From the IMG/VR virus record IMGVR_UViG_3300009678_000089, positions 1-41,874 of that record: a stretch of DNA of 41,874 bases. One strand, 5' to 3'. This DNA is from a virus. Lineage: Duplodnaviria > Caudoviricetes. Positions within the stretch are counted from its first letter, which is position 1. Each line of letters opens with the position of its first letter. The position numbers and the translations under genes are program-made. A model generated the notes under the pieces. That model had not been told where the DNA came from. It ran no database searches and saw only the letters and a program-made list of their open reading frames with translations. This document shows, in pieces, positions 1-10,248 of the stretch.

Positions 1-21
1 CCTCTCTACCGGCACAAGAGT

Positions 22-51
22 TTGACAAATCATACAACTTCCGAATAGGTT
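22..51 (+). promoter_or_regulatory. SigA/sigma70-type promoter for the packaging operon
   Basis: TTGACA (22-27), 18-nt spacer, TAGGTT (46-51), upstream of the first + strand ORF. Confidence 0.6.
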
Positions 52-92
52 GAAGCGGTTCTAGACGCCCAGCTTTGCAGTTTGGAGTTAGT

Positions 93-515
93 ATGGATTA
101 TACGGATGCACTAATTAACCAGTTGGCGGCGGAAAACCAACGATTGATTACTAGGAATGATGAATTGTGGCAGATGATTAGACAGCAATTCGATTATATT
201 CAGCGTAATGTTAAGGATAGTCAGCGGCCGGCGGGGCAAATTCCGGTTATCGCCGGGGATTCGGTAAAGGATCTAGGTGATGACACGACATTGGCCGATG
301 CATTGGCCGATTCTGCGGTCAGTTTCCATGACCCGCCAGAGATTGATGACCCGATGGACAGGTTTGTGTCGCCGAATTGGGATCCGAATTGGTCAAACGT
401 AACAGTTGAGGAACAGACTGAGAGAGATTTCGCTGAACGACAAGAGTATTTGGATGCAGAGGCTAGTTTGGCTGATGATTCTCCTAATATGCTTGGGAAT
501 ATGGGGATGGGTTGA
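93..515 (+). CDS. hypothetical protein (N-terminal coiled coil, acidic)
   Basis: ORF 75..515; start moved to ATG 93, which has GGAG at 84-87. Confidence 0.75.
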   Translation: MDYTDALINQLAAENQRLITRNDELWQMIRQQFDYIQRNVKDSQRPAGQIPVIAGDSVKDLGDDTTLADALADSAVSFHDPPEIDDPMDRFVSPNWDPNWSNVTVEEQTERDFAERQEYLDAEASLADDSPNMLGNMGMG

Positions 516-517
516 TT

Positions 518-802
518 ATGGGCCATGCTGTTAGTCCCAGGAAAGACTATACTGAACACGTTATTACTGTGTATGGAGCGCCAACTGGGTTTAAATCAGT
601 GGCTCGAGCTGGTGGGGGGATGGAGCTCACGATTCTAGTTGACGATGAGAGTAAGAAGGGCATTATGGATTTGGTGGACCATAGGGACTTTATCTTTGAG
701 TTCCGGGTTTACACTATTCCGTTGTATAATGATGGGGAGTTTGGTGAAGCTGGTCAGGATGCGAGTTCTGATGATTACGTAGATGAGCTAGTTGATGACT
801 GA
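518..802 (+). CDS. hypothetical protein
   Basis: ORF 512..802, tightly packed with neighbours; ATG at 518. Confidence 0.7.
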   Translation: MGHAVSPRKDYTEHVITVYGAPTGFKSVARAGGGMELTILVDDESKKGIMDLVDHRDFIFEFRVYTIPLYNDGEFGEAGQDASSDDYVDELVDD

Positions 803-1070
803 CTATGATGAACTGGCGGGGATGGCGTCAGATCAAGTTCTCGACCGTGTTGATAATATATTCAATATGCTCCTTGATAATATGGAGCGCCTTATTAAAA
901 CTGGGACAACTGCTAATCAGATGGCTCTAGCGAAAACCATTATTCCGGCGTTGGTTAGGGAACGGGCTAATCGGCGGACAGGTAATGATAAGACTGAGTT
1001 GAAAGAATTTATGGATGCGATGAGGCAAATGCGGGATGGCATTCATGACCCATTGGAATTGAATCAGTAA
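795..1070 (+). CDS. putative terminase small subunit
   Basis: Small, helical-looking protein directly upstream of TerL; synteny only. Confidence 0.45.
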   Translation: MTDYDELAGMASDQVLDRVDNIFNMLLDNMERLIKTGTTANQMALAKTIIPALVRERANRRTGNDKTELKEFMDAMRQMRDGIHDPLELNQ

Positions 1071-1071
1071 T

Positions 1072-2730
1072 ATGGATATGACTCCGATGGTCAGTCGGTT
1101 GAAGATTCTTGATAAGCGGATTCGGACTATTCAGTTGAATCCGAATTGGGCGCAGAAGATTTACCTTCAGAAAGTGCATGAGCAGTTCTCCACTCGAGGA
1201 CGTGTGGCGCTAATTGTGTTGAAAGGACGGCAGCTAGGGATTAGCACAATAACGGAAGCTTGTTTGTACTGCATGACGTTTATTGTGCCACGGTACCGGA
1301 GTTTGATTGTCGCGCATGAAACTGATGCGGCGAGGAACCTTCTGGAAATGACAAAGATGTACTGGGATCTATCGCCGTGGAATCCACTGTTTGAGTTGAA
1401 GAACAATAGTCGTAATGATATTCGGTGGGTGGAAACTGGTTCGTCGATGAAGATTGCGACGGCTGGTAAGAAAGGTGCTGGGGGTATTGGGCGATCTTCA
1501 ACTACCCACGGATTGCACGCATCGGAAGCTGGGTTTTGGGAAGGGGCAAGAGACATTATGTTGAGTCTTGAGCAAGCCATTCCACCATTCGGCCCGACAA
1601 TGAGGGTTATTGAATCGACCGCGAATGGGACCGGGAATTACTTTGAAGAGACATGGTGGGCGGCGGAAGAAGATGATGTCGATTATGAAACGCTGTTCCT
1701 AGCGTGGTTCCATCATCCTGAATACACTGCTGAAGCTTTGGGTATTCCGTTGTATAATATGGCGCATCTGGATGATGAGGAGAAGATTATACAGCGGGTA
1801 TTGGTGAAGCATGGGATTGATTGGAAATCGAGGTTAATCTGGCGCCGATACATGATTAAGAATAAGACGAATAATAATGTACTGGAGTTTCATCAAGAGT
1901 ATCCATGCGATCCGGAAGAAGCCTTTATTTCGTCTGGGTTGAAGGTCTTTCCATATGATAAGCTTCGGGTGTGTTATGATCCGATTCCTGGTGCCGTTGG
2001 ATTCATTATGGATACTCCATCTGGGTTTAAGTTCCAGACCAATTCTGAAGGAGCTCTAACACTTTTCCGGAACGTTAACCCAATGGCGGATTATATGATT
2101 GGCGGTGATCCGACTCATACAACGACAGGGGATTACGCATGTATGCAGATTCTGAATCGACATACTTTGGAACAAGTAGCGGTTTGGCGGGCGAAGTGTA
2201 CTCCAGGAACATTCGCCGACGAAATGTACAAAGTGGGGATGTACTTCAATCGTGCGTTGTTAGTTCCCGAAATAACTGGTCCTGGGTATATGACCGTTGG
2301 TCAGCTAAATGGGCGGAACTATCCGAACATTTACCAGAAGGCCCGGCCGGAAATCACTCGGCAATCTGGGAAGGTTGGGACTCCGACATATGGGTGGGAA
2401 ACGACATCACGGACTAAACCTCTTGCCGTTGGGTGGGGGATTCGGCATGTTGTTGAAAAGGATCTAATACTGCATGATAAGCCCACGTTCCTCGAGATGA
2501 AGGATTTTCAGACGTTGGAGAATGGGTCGTATGGATCACCGCCAGACAAAAAAGATGCGCACGATGATACGGTCATGGCATTGTGTATTGTCCTTGCCGC
2601 GAATCAATTGGACCCTGCGCCGGCCCGTAGAGTTGACGAGCGAATTGCGGAGATCGTAGCGAAGGTTAATAGTACTGGTGATAGCAGTAGTGACGGATTT
2701 CAAACATTTGACGAAATGGAGTGGAATTGA
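1072..2730 (+). CDS. terL: terminase large subunit
   Basis: Walker A LKGRQLGIST, Walker B GLHASEAGFW, coupling motif ESTANG, RNase H-like nuclease residues IGGDPT..GDYA and HDDTVMA. Confidence 0.95.
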   Translation: MDMTPMVSRLKILDKRIRTIQLNPNWAQKIYLQKVHEQFSTRGRVALIVLKGRQLGISTITEACLYCMTFIVPRYRSLIVAHETDAARNLLEMTKMYWDLSPWNPLFELKNNSRNDIRWVETGSSMKIATAGKKGAGGIGRSSTTHGLHASEAGFWEGARDIMLSLEQAIPPFGPTMRVIESTANGTGNYFEETWWAAEEDDVDYETLFLAWFHHPEYTAEALGIPLYNMAHLDDEEKIIQRVLVKHGIDWKSRLIWRRYMIKNKTNNNVLEFHQEYPCDPEEAFISSGLKVFPYDKLRVCYDPIPGAVGFIMDTPSGFKFQTNSEGALTLFRNVNPMADYMIGGDPTHTTTGDYACMQILNRHTLEQVAVWRAKCTPGTFADEMYKVGMYFNRALLVPEITGPGYMTVGQLNGRNYPNIYQKARPEITRQSGKVGTPTYGWETTSRTKPLAVGWGIRHVVEKDLILHDKPTFLEMKDFQTLENGSYGSPPDKKDAHDDTVMALCIVLAANQLDPAPARRVDERIAEIVAKVNSTGDSSSDGFQTFDEMEWN

Positions 2731-2731
2731 T

Positions 2732-3124
2732 ATGGTTCATCATGAATTTGTGTGTAGAGGATGCGGAGGGATTATCGAGGTTATCACGCAGTCAATTCGT
2801 GAATCCCCCATTGTCCCGTATCATTGTGGTCTTAAGTCGGCTAAGGATTTTAGTAATGTACAGATCGCGGGTGGGGACGTTGTTGCTTCGTTCTGGTCTA
2901 ACGGTCTTGGTGAAGGATTCGACTCACAGCGTAAGTATAGAGATGCCATGAAGCAGCGGGCGGAAGAGCTCGAGGAAAGGACTGGGAATAAGCATGAGTT
3001 TGTTCAGACTTCTGGGTCGGACGACGATCACGGGGTTAATAGAGATGAAGAGATTAGTCAAGTTGGATTGCCTCATAAGCCAAAGCCAATTGACCGTAAT
3101 TTGATTGATTCTATTCGTCAGTAA
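2732..3124 (+). CDS. FmdB-like zinc-ribbon protein
   Basis: HEFVCRGCGGIIE...HCG motif at the N-terminus; ATG 2732 just after the TerL stop. Confidence 0.65.
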   Translation: MVHHEFVCRGCGGIIEVITQSIRESPIVPYHCGLKSAKDFSNVQIAGGDVVASFWSNGLGEGFDSQRKYRDAMKQRAEELEERTGNKHEFVQTSGSDDDHGVNRDEEISQVGLPHKPKPIDRNLIDSIRQ

Positions 3125-3182
3125 TTTCCGTAAAGAGACAGACGCCTTGCAAATACCAGCCCTCTATATATAAGGTGAGCGA

Positions 3183-4970
3183 ATGCCACTTGATCCGAAT
3201 TCGGCAAATCTGGTTAATGAAGCACTAATGCTCTTTAATCAGGCTAAGGAGTTTCGGAAGCCACTGATTCGTAAGTGGGTTCGGAACTATAATATCGTGC
3301 ATAATCGGACGTGGGGATCTGGTCGGGCGAGTTACCACCCACAAACTGAGATTCCAGAGGTCCGCCCAATTTTGTTGAGTCTTGTCGCTTGGGAAATGGA
3401 CACTCCGCCAGTCTACGATTTTATGCCATATGCACCGCCAGATTCCGTGATGTATGACTACTACGATGAGATTGCCGATGACCTGAAATTTGCATACGAG
3501 GCTACCTGGAATAACAACGATTATGAGGTAGAAGTTCAGCAAATTCTCATGGATGGGGAGACATACGGTATCGGGTATGGGAAGAATGAATGGGAAGCAA
3601 CACTCACCGATGGACTAGGTGAGGTTATGATGCGACATAAGGACCCATTTACTATCTACCTTGATCCTGATGCTACGTCATGGAAAGACATTAAGTTTAT
3701 TTGTGAGGCTCGGGTAATTTCTACAGATGAGTTGCGGCGGCGATTCCCGAAATTCCGGTATGATGGCTCGCTTACTTGGGCTTCCCAAATGGACGAATCG
3801 CCAAATCAGGTTACTGGTTTTACTACTAACCCTGGGAACATCAGGAATAACCCTGCTATTCTTACTCCTGGTGTTGTTACTTCAATGGGCGGGCCTGGCC
3901 CAATTGGAAAGCAGGTGATTGAAGCGGGCGTGAGTTACATTGAGATTTGGTATCGGTCATTGGCTAAGGCTCGAGTTGAATTGCCATTGCCAACTGACAC
4001 TCTCGCACTATCGCCCAATGAGGATGATATTGATGTAGATGATCCGCCGGGACAGGGCTATATGGATGAGTGGTATTGCCTTGTCCTAGCTGGTAGTCAA
4101 GTCATTATGCATAAGAAGGCCAGGGATATCTTTCCATTTAATCGGCACCCTTATGAAAGGTATGTGCCGACAGAGGAAGGAGAATTGTATGGTTACTCTC
4201 TCGTCGAGGAACTCGGCCCACTCCAGCTTTCCATCAATCGTCTTATCTCGAGCATGGAACACAATTTGTGGTTGGCGGGCAATCCTATTTTCGTCGGATC
4301 GGGAAAAGGCGATTTGGGTCGAACAACCATATACAACAAGCCAGGTGAACGGATTACAGTCCAAGACCCGAATAACGACGTGCGATGGATGGACCCGCCG
4401 ACGATTGCACCACAGCATTTGCAAACGGTCCAATTCCTAGTTGGAGAGATGGAGCGGATTAGTGGAATGTCGGCTATTGTACGAGGGTTCTCACCGACTG
4501 GTCGCAATGCGCAAGGAGTCCTCGATTCAGTCCAAGATTCCGCATTTGTTCGAGTTCGTGCAAGACTACGCAATTTCGAGAGATTCCTCCGGCAAATGGG
4601 TTACCTTAACGCTGCCACTATGGCTGAGTTTTATGATGTCCCTAGATTTGTCGGGCGAGTAGGTAACGATGGTCAAAAGATGGGCCGTGTACTCAAATCG
4701 CAACACTTCTATTTGCCCACTAAGCAAGGCAAGGAGCCCATGCGATTTATGCTTAATGTTGTGTCGGGCGCCACACAATCAATTTCGAGACAAGCAAGAG
4801 TTGAGGACATGAAGGAAGCCTATGCGATGGGCATTGTTGATGAACATTCGGTGCTCGAGGTAATGGGCATTCCAGATTCTAAGAAGATTGCAGATAGGGT
4901 AGTTCAGCAGAAAGCAATGGCCGGAACGCTTGGGGAACCTCCCACGCAACGAGCAGCAGATAGGAGATAG
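3183..4970 (+). CDS. portal protein (P22-like)
   Basis: 595 aa after TerL; motifs DGETYGIGYGK, DPFTIYLDPDA, YGYSLVEEL..LQ..IN, ERISGMSAIVRG typical of P22-like portals. Confidence 0.88.
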   Translation: MPLDPNSANLVNEALMLFNQAKEFRKPLIRKWVRNYNIVHNRTWGSGRASYHPQTEIPEVRPILLSLVAWEMDTPPVYDFMPYAPPDSVMYDYYDEIADDLKFAYEATWNNNDYEVEVQQILMDGETYGIGYGKNEWEATLTDGLGEVMMRHKDPFTIYLDPDATSWKDIKFICEARVISTDELRRRFPKFRYDGSLTWASQMDESPNQVTGFTTNPGNIRNNPAILTPGVVTSMGGPGPIGKQVIEAGVSYIEIWYRSLAKARVELPLPTDTLALSPNEDDIDVDDPPGQGYMDEWYCLVLAGSQVIMHKKARDIFPFNRHPYERYVPTEEGELYGYSLVEELGPLQLSINRLISSMEHNLWLAGNPIFVGSGKGDLGRTTIYNKPGERITVQDPNNDVRWMDPPTIAPQHLQTVQFLVGEMERISGMSAIVRGFSPTGRNAQGVLDSVQDSAFVRVRARLRNFERFLRQMGYLNAATMAEFYDVPRFVGRVGNDGQKMGRVLKSQHFYLPTKQGKEPMRFMLNVVSGATQSISRQARVEDMKEAYAMGIVDEHSVLEVMGIPDSKKIADRVVQQKAMAGTLGEPPTQRAADRR

Positions 4971-4972
4971 TT

Positions 4973-5152
4973 ATGGGTGGAGTATCAGGGTTTGAGGAAG
5001 GCGTTAAGGAATTGGGCGGGAAGTTGGCCCAGAAGGATGAGGTTGAGTTTCAGACGCAATACGGTAGTGGTGAGCCGCAGGTTTATGGCGATGAGTTTGG
5101 TCGTGGGCATTTCTACAATGCTACAGATTGCGCCGATGCGGTCGAGGATTAA
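4973..5152 (+). CDS. small acidic hypothetical protein (59 aa, MGGVSGFEEGVKELGG...DAVED), missed by the ORF track
   Basis: Translated by hand; AGGAGA at 4962-4967; fills the portal-5156 gap exactly. Confidence 0.75.
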   Translation: MGGVSGFEEGVKELGGKLAQKDEVEFQTQYGSGEPQVYGDEFGRGHFYNATDCADAVED

Positions 5153-5155
5153 TCT

Positions 5156-5758
5156 ATGAATTCTGAGCTCTTGCAAATTCCCGCTAATACCCCTATACCT
5201 GTTTGGGGCGGCGGTAGGCCCATGTCTATTCTTAAGACTGACGCCACCGCCGGCTCATTCATCATGCGATTGATTGGTCGTGCAGCTACTCCGCCAAATC
5301 AAAAGATGGTTGACGTTCCGATTGCCTGGAATGATACCACCTTTAATATTCGATCGAAGATTCTCGCTGCTACTGCCAGTATTGGGGTAGAGGGGAATGT
5401 TGATGTTTACGGCACGACAGTTAACTCAGACTTGCCGCTAATCTTCGTATGGTCAGCGCCGCTTGATATTCAGATTGACAAAGCGAGTCTGGTTTCAGGT
5501 GGCGCATCGTTCGGTCATAGCAACATTGATTTTAGTGGGCGAGCTAGTGTCTATTTGTATGGGTCAGCGGACTTCTACGTTGGCGGCCGATTCGTCACAG
5601 AATTCAATGGGCTGCCAATTGACGGCGGAGTTGCCATTAACCGTCCGCCCCAGCCAATTGACTGTGCGAATGGCCGGTCATTGTTTGCATTGAAGGCCGC
5701 AGCGTTTAATGTCCGGGTCCTAGCCCCTAATTACCCAGTCCTTTTCCCATTCGAGTGA
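5156..5758 (+). CDS. putative virion structural protein
   Basis: 200 aa, beta-rich composition, inside the structural operon. Confidence 0.55.
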   Translation: MNSELLQIPANTPIPVWGGGRPMSILKTDATAGSFIMRLIGRAATPPNQKMVDVPIAWNDTTFNIRSKILAATASIGVEGNVDVYGTTVNSDLPLIFVWSAPLDIQIDKASLVSGGASFGHSNIDFSGRASVYLYGSADFYVGGRFVTEFNGLPIDGGVAINRPPQPIDCANGRSLFALKAAAFNVRVLAPNYPVLFPFE

Positions 5759-5767
5759 GGATCATTC

Positions 5768-6160
5768 ATGTCAGTTAATACCTTTGAGTCTCGAGATGGG
5801 CAGATTCACCTTGGGATTCCGAAGGGGGATAGTGCGAGTGTAACGATTCAGGCTAAGCCGGCCCAGATTCCGCCATTTTCTGATTGGACGGGATGGGCAT
5901 GGACTTTCCGTGTGACGCATCCAGATACCAACGCTGTACTGTTTAGCATCTCGGAAGTTGCGAATGCTGCCGGTCAAATCACTGATGCTTCTGATTCGTT
6001 TCTTGGCCTGAATCTCACACTATCATTCCTGCCCTCAGCTTACGCCACTATGGATATTGGGCCTAACTATAACTGGGGGTTGCGTGGGGCTAAAGGGAGT
6101 TTGCTGGAGACAATTGTGGATGATGGGATCTTCTTTCTAGTTAAAGGCCCGTTTTCGTAA
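5768..6160 (+). CDS. putative fibre adaptor (BppU N-terminal-like Ig fold)
   Basis: IPKGDSASVTI...DWTGWAWTFRV pattern resembles fibre-attachment domains; GAGG RBS. Confidence 0.45.
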   Translation: MSVNTFESRDGQIHLGIPKGDSASVTIQAKPAQIPPFSDWTGWAWTFRVTHPDTNAVLFSISEVANAAGQITDASDSFLGLNLTLSFLPSAYATMDIGPNYNWGLRGAKGSLLETIVDDGIFFLVKGPFS

Positions 6161-6876
6161 TGAGCTCTACGACTGTTCCGAATCTCATATTGAGTTACCC
6201 GCAATTGGAAGTAGTGGGGCAGGTAGGTGGTGGTGGCATTCCCGATACAATAACCGGGCCATCAGGTGTGGCGGGTAATGATATAACGATTGCTGCTGAC
6301 GGTAAACACTACTTCGACCATGAGAAGGCGTATTTCCATAACGTTCCAGTTTTCGCTGATAAGGCCGCTAGGAACCTCGCTATTCCATCTCCCGCAATTG
6401 GGCAGGTTTGTGCAATTGTAGATGGAATGTGTCAGTATGTTGGTGGCGGATTGTGGGTGCCAATTCCGCAGGGAGTTTTAGCATATACTGAGGTTAATGC
6501 GAATCAGACTGGGGTTCTCGCGAATACGCAGACTGTGCTTACTGGTTTGACTTTGAGTTTTGTGAGTAGAGTTAATCACGTATATCGAATTAGTCAGAAG
6601 GTCAGTTGGTTTGCTCAGCCTGGAACTTTCATTACCGATGTTGCTGATGCTTCGAGTGGCAATCAGCAGTTGGTAATAGGTCAGACGTCTGGCGTTGTAG
6701 CTGGTAATGGTTATGATTGCCGCGCTGATCGCATTATGCAGATGACGCCAATGACGCACAATCTAATTTGTCGCTGTCAATGTCCTGGTTCTGCACCCAC
6801 TATTATTGCTAGCGCTGGTAATCCTAATTGGGTAATGGTCGAGGATATGGGCCTAAGTATGGCTACTATTAATTAA
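6160..6876 (+). CDS. minor virion/fibre protein
   Basis: FADKAARNLAIPSPAIGQV motif recalls actinophage minor tail proteins; overlaps the previous stop. Confidence 0.6.
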   Translation: MSSTTVPNLILSYPQLEVVGQVGGGGIPDTITGPSGVAGNDITIAADGKHYFDHEKAYFHNVPVFADKAARNLAIPSPAIGQVCAIVDGMCQYVGGGLWVPIPQGVLAYTEVNANQTGVLANTQTVLTGLTLSFVSRVNHVYRISQKVSWFAQPGTFITDVADASSGNQQLVIGQTSGVVAGNGYDCRADRIMQMTPMTHNLICRCQCPGSAPTIIASAGNPNWVMVEDMGLSMATIN

Positions 6877-6885
6877 GGGGATTTA

Positions 6886-8214
6886 ATGCTTACAGAAGCC
6901 TCGTTAATTCTAGATGTAGCTAAGCCGCTACTAGTTACCGCTCCTGCTGGTGGTGGTAGTGGCGGTTTGGTTCTGGTTATTTCTGGGGACGCTGGGAATG
7001 ACATTATTGCCGGTAGTGATGGTGGGGCGTTTTTCGATCATATCAATCCTGCTGTTCCTGTTATTGTCTCGACAAAGCCCGCTAATGTTCTTACTGCTGG
7101 TCCTGATGGTGGTGCATGGTACCCAGGACCGACATTACCACCTGCGCCAGTAATTGTATCGACTAAACCGGGTAATGATATTACAGCGGGACCGGATGGC
7201 GGAGCTTGGTTTGATTACGTCGCGCCGCCAATCCCAATTATTGTCTCGAGCCAGGTTGGCAATTCAATTGTTGCCGGACCTGACGGCGGTGCATTTTTCC
7301 ATGATGTTCCTGGCGCTGTGCTAGTTGTCAGTACCGATCCTGGAAACCTGATTGTAGTTGGTACTGATTCTGGTGCCATGTTTAACGGTAATGCGTTGAT
7401 GGGGACTTTGGCGCTGGCCCGGAATCTTGACGGTGATACAGGATATTTCGCGCATCTAACCATCGTGAATGATGGGACTGCGACCGGGACATGGCCGGAA
7501 CGCCTCAGGTTTAATTACAACGATGGGACAAAAACTCGCCGGACTGGATACTTCAATGAATACGGTGAGATCAGGTCCATTGCTGCGAGATTGAATACAA
7601 CTGCCGCCAGATTTTACGGCCAGGAATTCACCGCTGATGGAGCTCGAAATCTAACTGTCCCGATTCTACAGGTTTCAGATGACCGGAATCTGAACACTAA
7701 TCTCTTCGCAGTTTACGGTGACGGCAAAGTTGTCGCATTAGGCTCAATGCAAACTGCCGGCTTCCAGTCGCTAGGCAATATCAACGCTTCTGGCGACATT
7801 ACTGCTGGTGGTAATATTACGTCTGGCGCACAAATTCTCGGTGATACAGTTCACGCACTTAATGATGCTGATATTGGTGCTGATCTCGATGTTGGCGGGA
7901 ACGTTGATGTAATTGGTGATGTCCATGCATTCAATCTCAATATCGACCAGGACATTGTTGCTGATGGTGTAGTGATCGGTCGTGCTGGTGTTACTTCCGA
8001 TGGATTTATTTCCTCCCTTGCTGAGACGTATGCTGGCACATTCTTCCGAGCTAATGGAGATATTACTACAGTTTTCGGTGATATCATCTGTAGCGTTGGG
8101 AGTATTTCTGCGCCGGTTGGAAACGTCACGGCATTGAACATTGGCGATAAGGTCACGGTTTCAACTACTGCCCCACCGTCGCCAGTTTTGCATGAGGTTT
8201 GGATCGACATATGA
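6886..8214 (+). CDS. fibre/spike protein with five SxxxGNxIxAGxDGG repeats
   Basis: Gly-rich tandem repeats; beta-helix-like GDI/GNI repeats; C-terminal STTAPPSP..EVWID. Confidence 0.7.
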   Translation: MLTEASLILDVAKPLLVTAPAGGGSGGLVLVISGDAGNDIIAGSDGGAFFDHINPAVPVIVSTKPANVLTAGPDGGAWYPGPTLPPAPVIVSTKPGNDITAGPDGGAWFDYVAPPIPIIVSSQVGNSIVAGPDGGAFFHDVPGAVLVVSTDPGNLIVVGTDSGAMFNGNALMGTLALARNLDGDTGYFAHLTIVNDGTATGTWPERLRFNYNDGTKTRRTGYFNEYGEIRSIAARLNTTAARFYGQEFTADGARNLTVPILQVSDDRNLNTNLFAVYGDGKVVALGSMQTAGFQSLGNINASGDITAGGNITSGAQILGDTVHALNDADIGADLDVGGNVDVIGDVHAFNLNIDQDIVADGVVIGRAGVTSDGFISSLAETYAGTFFRANGDITTVFGDIICSVGSISAPVGNVTALNIGDKVTVSTTAPPSPVLHEVWIDI

Positions 8215-9692
8215 CAGTCCCCACTACGGTAGGGTCAACTACAGCATATGTTGGTGGCGTTGGCACGATGTCGCTATCTCGTGCAACTGCTAATGCGGTG
8301 ACTGGTGATGTTGTATTAATCGCCAGTACGAGCATTACTGTTGGCACCACGATCTTCGATTGCACTAACGCCACATTTGTCACCATTTCTCCGGCAGCGG
8401 TAATGGGTACTAGAACGTGTCAGGTTATCGCACGGTATGTTGAGGCTGGCGATCCGGCTTCATATATCTGCGGCACGGGCGCAACGAGTACGGGTAAAGT
8501 TGGGCTAATGATAACTGTGCGGGGTAGTGGTATTACTTCGCAAGCTGAGTTGTCTAAGATTATTAAAGGGCCGTTGGGGCTTAGGAATGTAACTGGTACG
8601 GTATTAACGAATGTGGCAAATGGGGTTGTAACGCCAGAGAATGATTCATTGGTGCTAACTGCTTCATTTGAGGCGACTACTGCGAATGAGACAGTTACGC
8701 CCGTTTTTTCAGGCGGCGCTACACTCGTAACTTGGTCCACTACTGTATTGGGCGCCACACAAGTTGAGACAGTTCTTTGGGGTAGTAAGTCACAACTTCT
8801 ACCTAGCTTGACTTCCGCTGATACAATTACGTATCAGAATAACCAGTCGGCTACAAATGGTGCTGCGGTTCAGATTGCTATTCCGCCACCAGCATTCATT
8901 CCAAATACTCCAGCGCTTTTAACTCAATTTGGAACTGACCCGGCTATGGCGTCTGGAACGACCGAAGTTATTACCGTTCCATCAACACTGCCAGTTGGTA
9001 CACTAGTTGTCGTTGGCTTTGTCGGGATCGCTGCACTAAACCCTACCTTCACAATCGCCGATTCCGTTACGCCCGATAATACCTGGGTGATGTCAACTGC
9101 TCAGTTAGCAGGGTTTACGACTAACATCGTTCTATTCTCGAGTGTGCTGACCACTGCTTTGCCCGCTGGAAGCACACTAACAATTACCTCGAGCCAATCA
9201 ATGTCGAGACGATGTTCAGCGGTCGCTGCATTTAACAATCCATGTACTGGCAGTATTACGCATGGTGCATTTAACGAAACCTCTGCGACAATCATTTCCG
9301 GTGGTTCTCATACGCCCGCTGCCGACTCATTAGTATTCGGGGTGTTAGGTTTCAACTCTGCCGGCCGAGTATTCACCCCAGACCCAGGATGGACTGCTTA
9401 TACTAAACATCTGTCTACAGTTGGGTCAGGTGAACGTAGTGTTCAATTGGTCGCTAGATCCGGTGTTGCGGCTACGCCATTTGCGCGAGTCGGGCTAATT
9501 GATAGTAGCGGCGTTATGCTTTGCGGTTTAGGTTCCGCTGTTCTCGGAGCTCCTCCATCTACAGGTTGGATTCCCGGTGTAATGAAATACTGGGATGGTA
9601 CAGCTTGGATCACGCCGTCACCAACCGCTATTAAATATTGGGATGGAACAGCATGGCAACAAGTCCCTGCTATTAAGGTATGGCAGCCATAA
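8211..9692 (+). CDS. putative receptor-binding/fibre protein (Thr/Ala/Gly-rich, two similar beta domains, KYWDGTAW x2)
   Basis: ATGA overlap with the upstream gene at 8211; composition; duplicated terminal motif. Confidence 0.65.
   Translation: MTVPTTVGSTTAYVGGVGTMSLSRATANAVTGDVVLIASTSITVGTTIFDCTNATFVTISPAAVMGTRTCQVIARYVEAGDPASYICGTGATSTGKVGLMITVRGSGITSQAELSKIIKGPLGLRNVTGTVLTNVANGVVTPENDSLVLTASFEATTANETVTPVFSGGATLVTWSTTVLGATQVETVLWGSKSQLLPSLTSADTITYQNNQSATNGAAVQIAIPPPAFIPNTPALLTQFGTDPAMASGTTEVITVPSTLPVGTLVVVGFVGIAALNPTFTIADSVTPDNTWVMSTAQLAGFTTNIVLFSSVLTTALPAGSTLTITSSQSMSRRCSAVAAFNNPCTGSITHGAFNETSATIISGGSHTPAADSLVFGVLGFNSAGRVFTPDPGWTAYTKHLSTVGSGERSVQLVARSGVAATPFARVGLIDSSGVMLCGLGSAVLGAPPSTGWIPGVMKYWDGTAWITPSPTAIKYWDGTAWQQVPAIKVWQP
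9585..9656 (+). repeat. 24-bp imperfect direct repeat encoding KYWDGTAW twice
   Basis: aaatactgggatggtacagcttgg (9585-9608) vs aaatattgggatggaacagcatgg (9633-9656); only synonymous differences. Confidence 0.85.
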
Positions 9693-9698
9693 CTCGCC

Positions 9699-9727
9699 TT
9701 GACATAGAACTGAATATGTGGAATACT
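9699..9727 (+). promoter_or_regulatory. promoter for the head gene block
   Basis: TTGACA (9699-9704), 17 nt, AATACT (9722-9727) with extended -10 TG. Confidence 0.65.
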
Positions 9728-9757
9728 TAATTCACCACCAAATGAAGGAGTACACTA

Positions 9758-9886
9758 ATGGCAGTTGAGAGTCTTAAGAAGGCCAAGGGCGGTAACATTG
9801 TGAAGATTGGTCACACTGGTACCACTGCCTATGGTAAGAATGAGAAGGAAAAGGGTACTGTTCCCGCTTCCTACGAGCAGAAGTAA
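9758..9886 (+). CDS. small basic protein (42 aa, MAVESLKKAKGGNIVKIGHTG...), missed by the ORF track
   Basis: Strong RBS GAAGGAG 7 nt upstream; translated by hand. Confidence 0.75.
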   Translation: MAVESLKKAKGGNIVKIGHTGTTAYGKNEKEKGTVPASYEQK

Positions 9887-9896
9887 TTGAGGTATA

Positions 9897-10235
9897 ATGG
9901 CTGTTCGTAGCAAAAACACATTTCAAGAGGCACTACAAGCTACTTACCTTGATGTTGCTGCTATGAAGATGCTGCCGGATGCGGACCCTGCTTGGGTAGA
10001 TGCAATGTCCAATGAGTTTCTGACAAAGATTCAGGAACCTGGTGCGGTACAAGGGGCAATGGCAACTAATCCAATGGCAATGGGACCAGGAGGTATGCCG
10101 CCCGATATGGGTGGTGGAATGCCGCCAATGGTTGAACCTCCAGTTCCACCTATGGGTGGTGGTGGAATGATGTCATCTAGCCTTCCTCCTGGTGGAGTAC
10201 CGCCCGACGAAATTGCAGCACTTCTTGGTGGTTAA
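9897..10235 (+). CDS. hypothetical protein with Pro/Met/Gly-rich C-terminus
   Basis: GAGG RBS; low-complexity MGPGGMPP tail; followed by a terminator. Confidence 0.75.
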   Translation: MAVRSKNTFQEALQATYLDVAAMKMLPDADPAWVDAMSNEFLTKIQEPGAVQGAMATNPMAMGPGGMPPDMGGGMPPMVEPPVPPMGGGGMMSSSLPPGGVPPDEIAALLGG

Positions 10236-10248
10236 TAAAATCGAAAGG

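Noticed and set aside
4977-5159. Track ORF of 60 aa (MEYQGLRK...)
   Set aside because: The alternative frame 4973-5152 has an ATG, a proper RBS and a more protein-like composition
9585-9656. Repeat at the end of a fibre gene as a DGR VR/TR pair
   Set aside because: Only 24 bp, synonymous differences not restricted to adenines, and no RT gene
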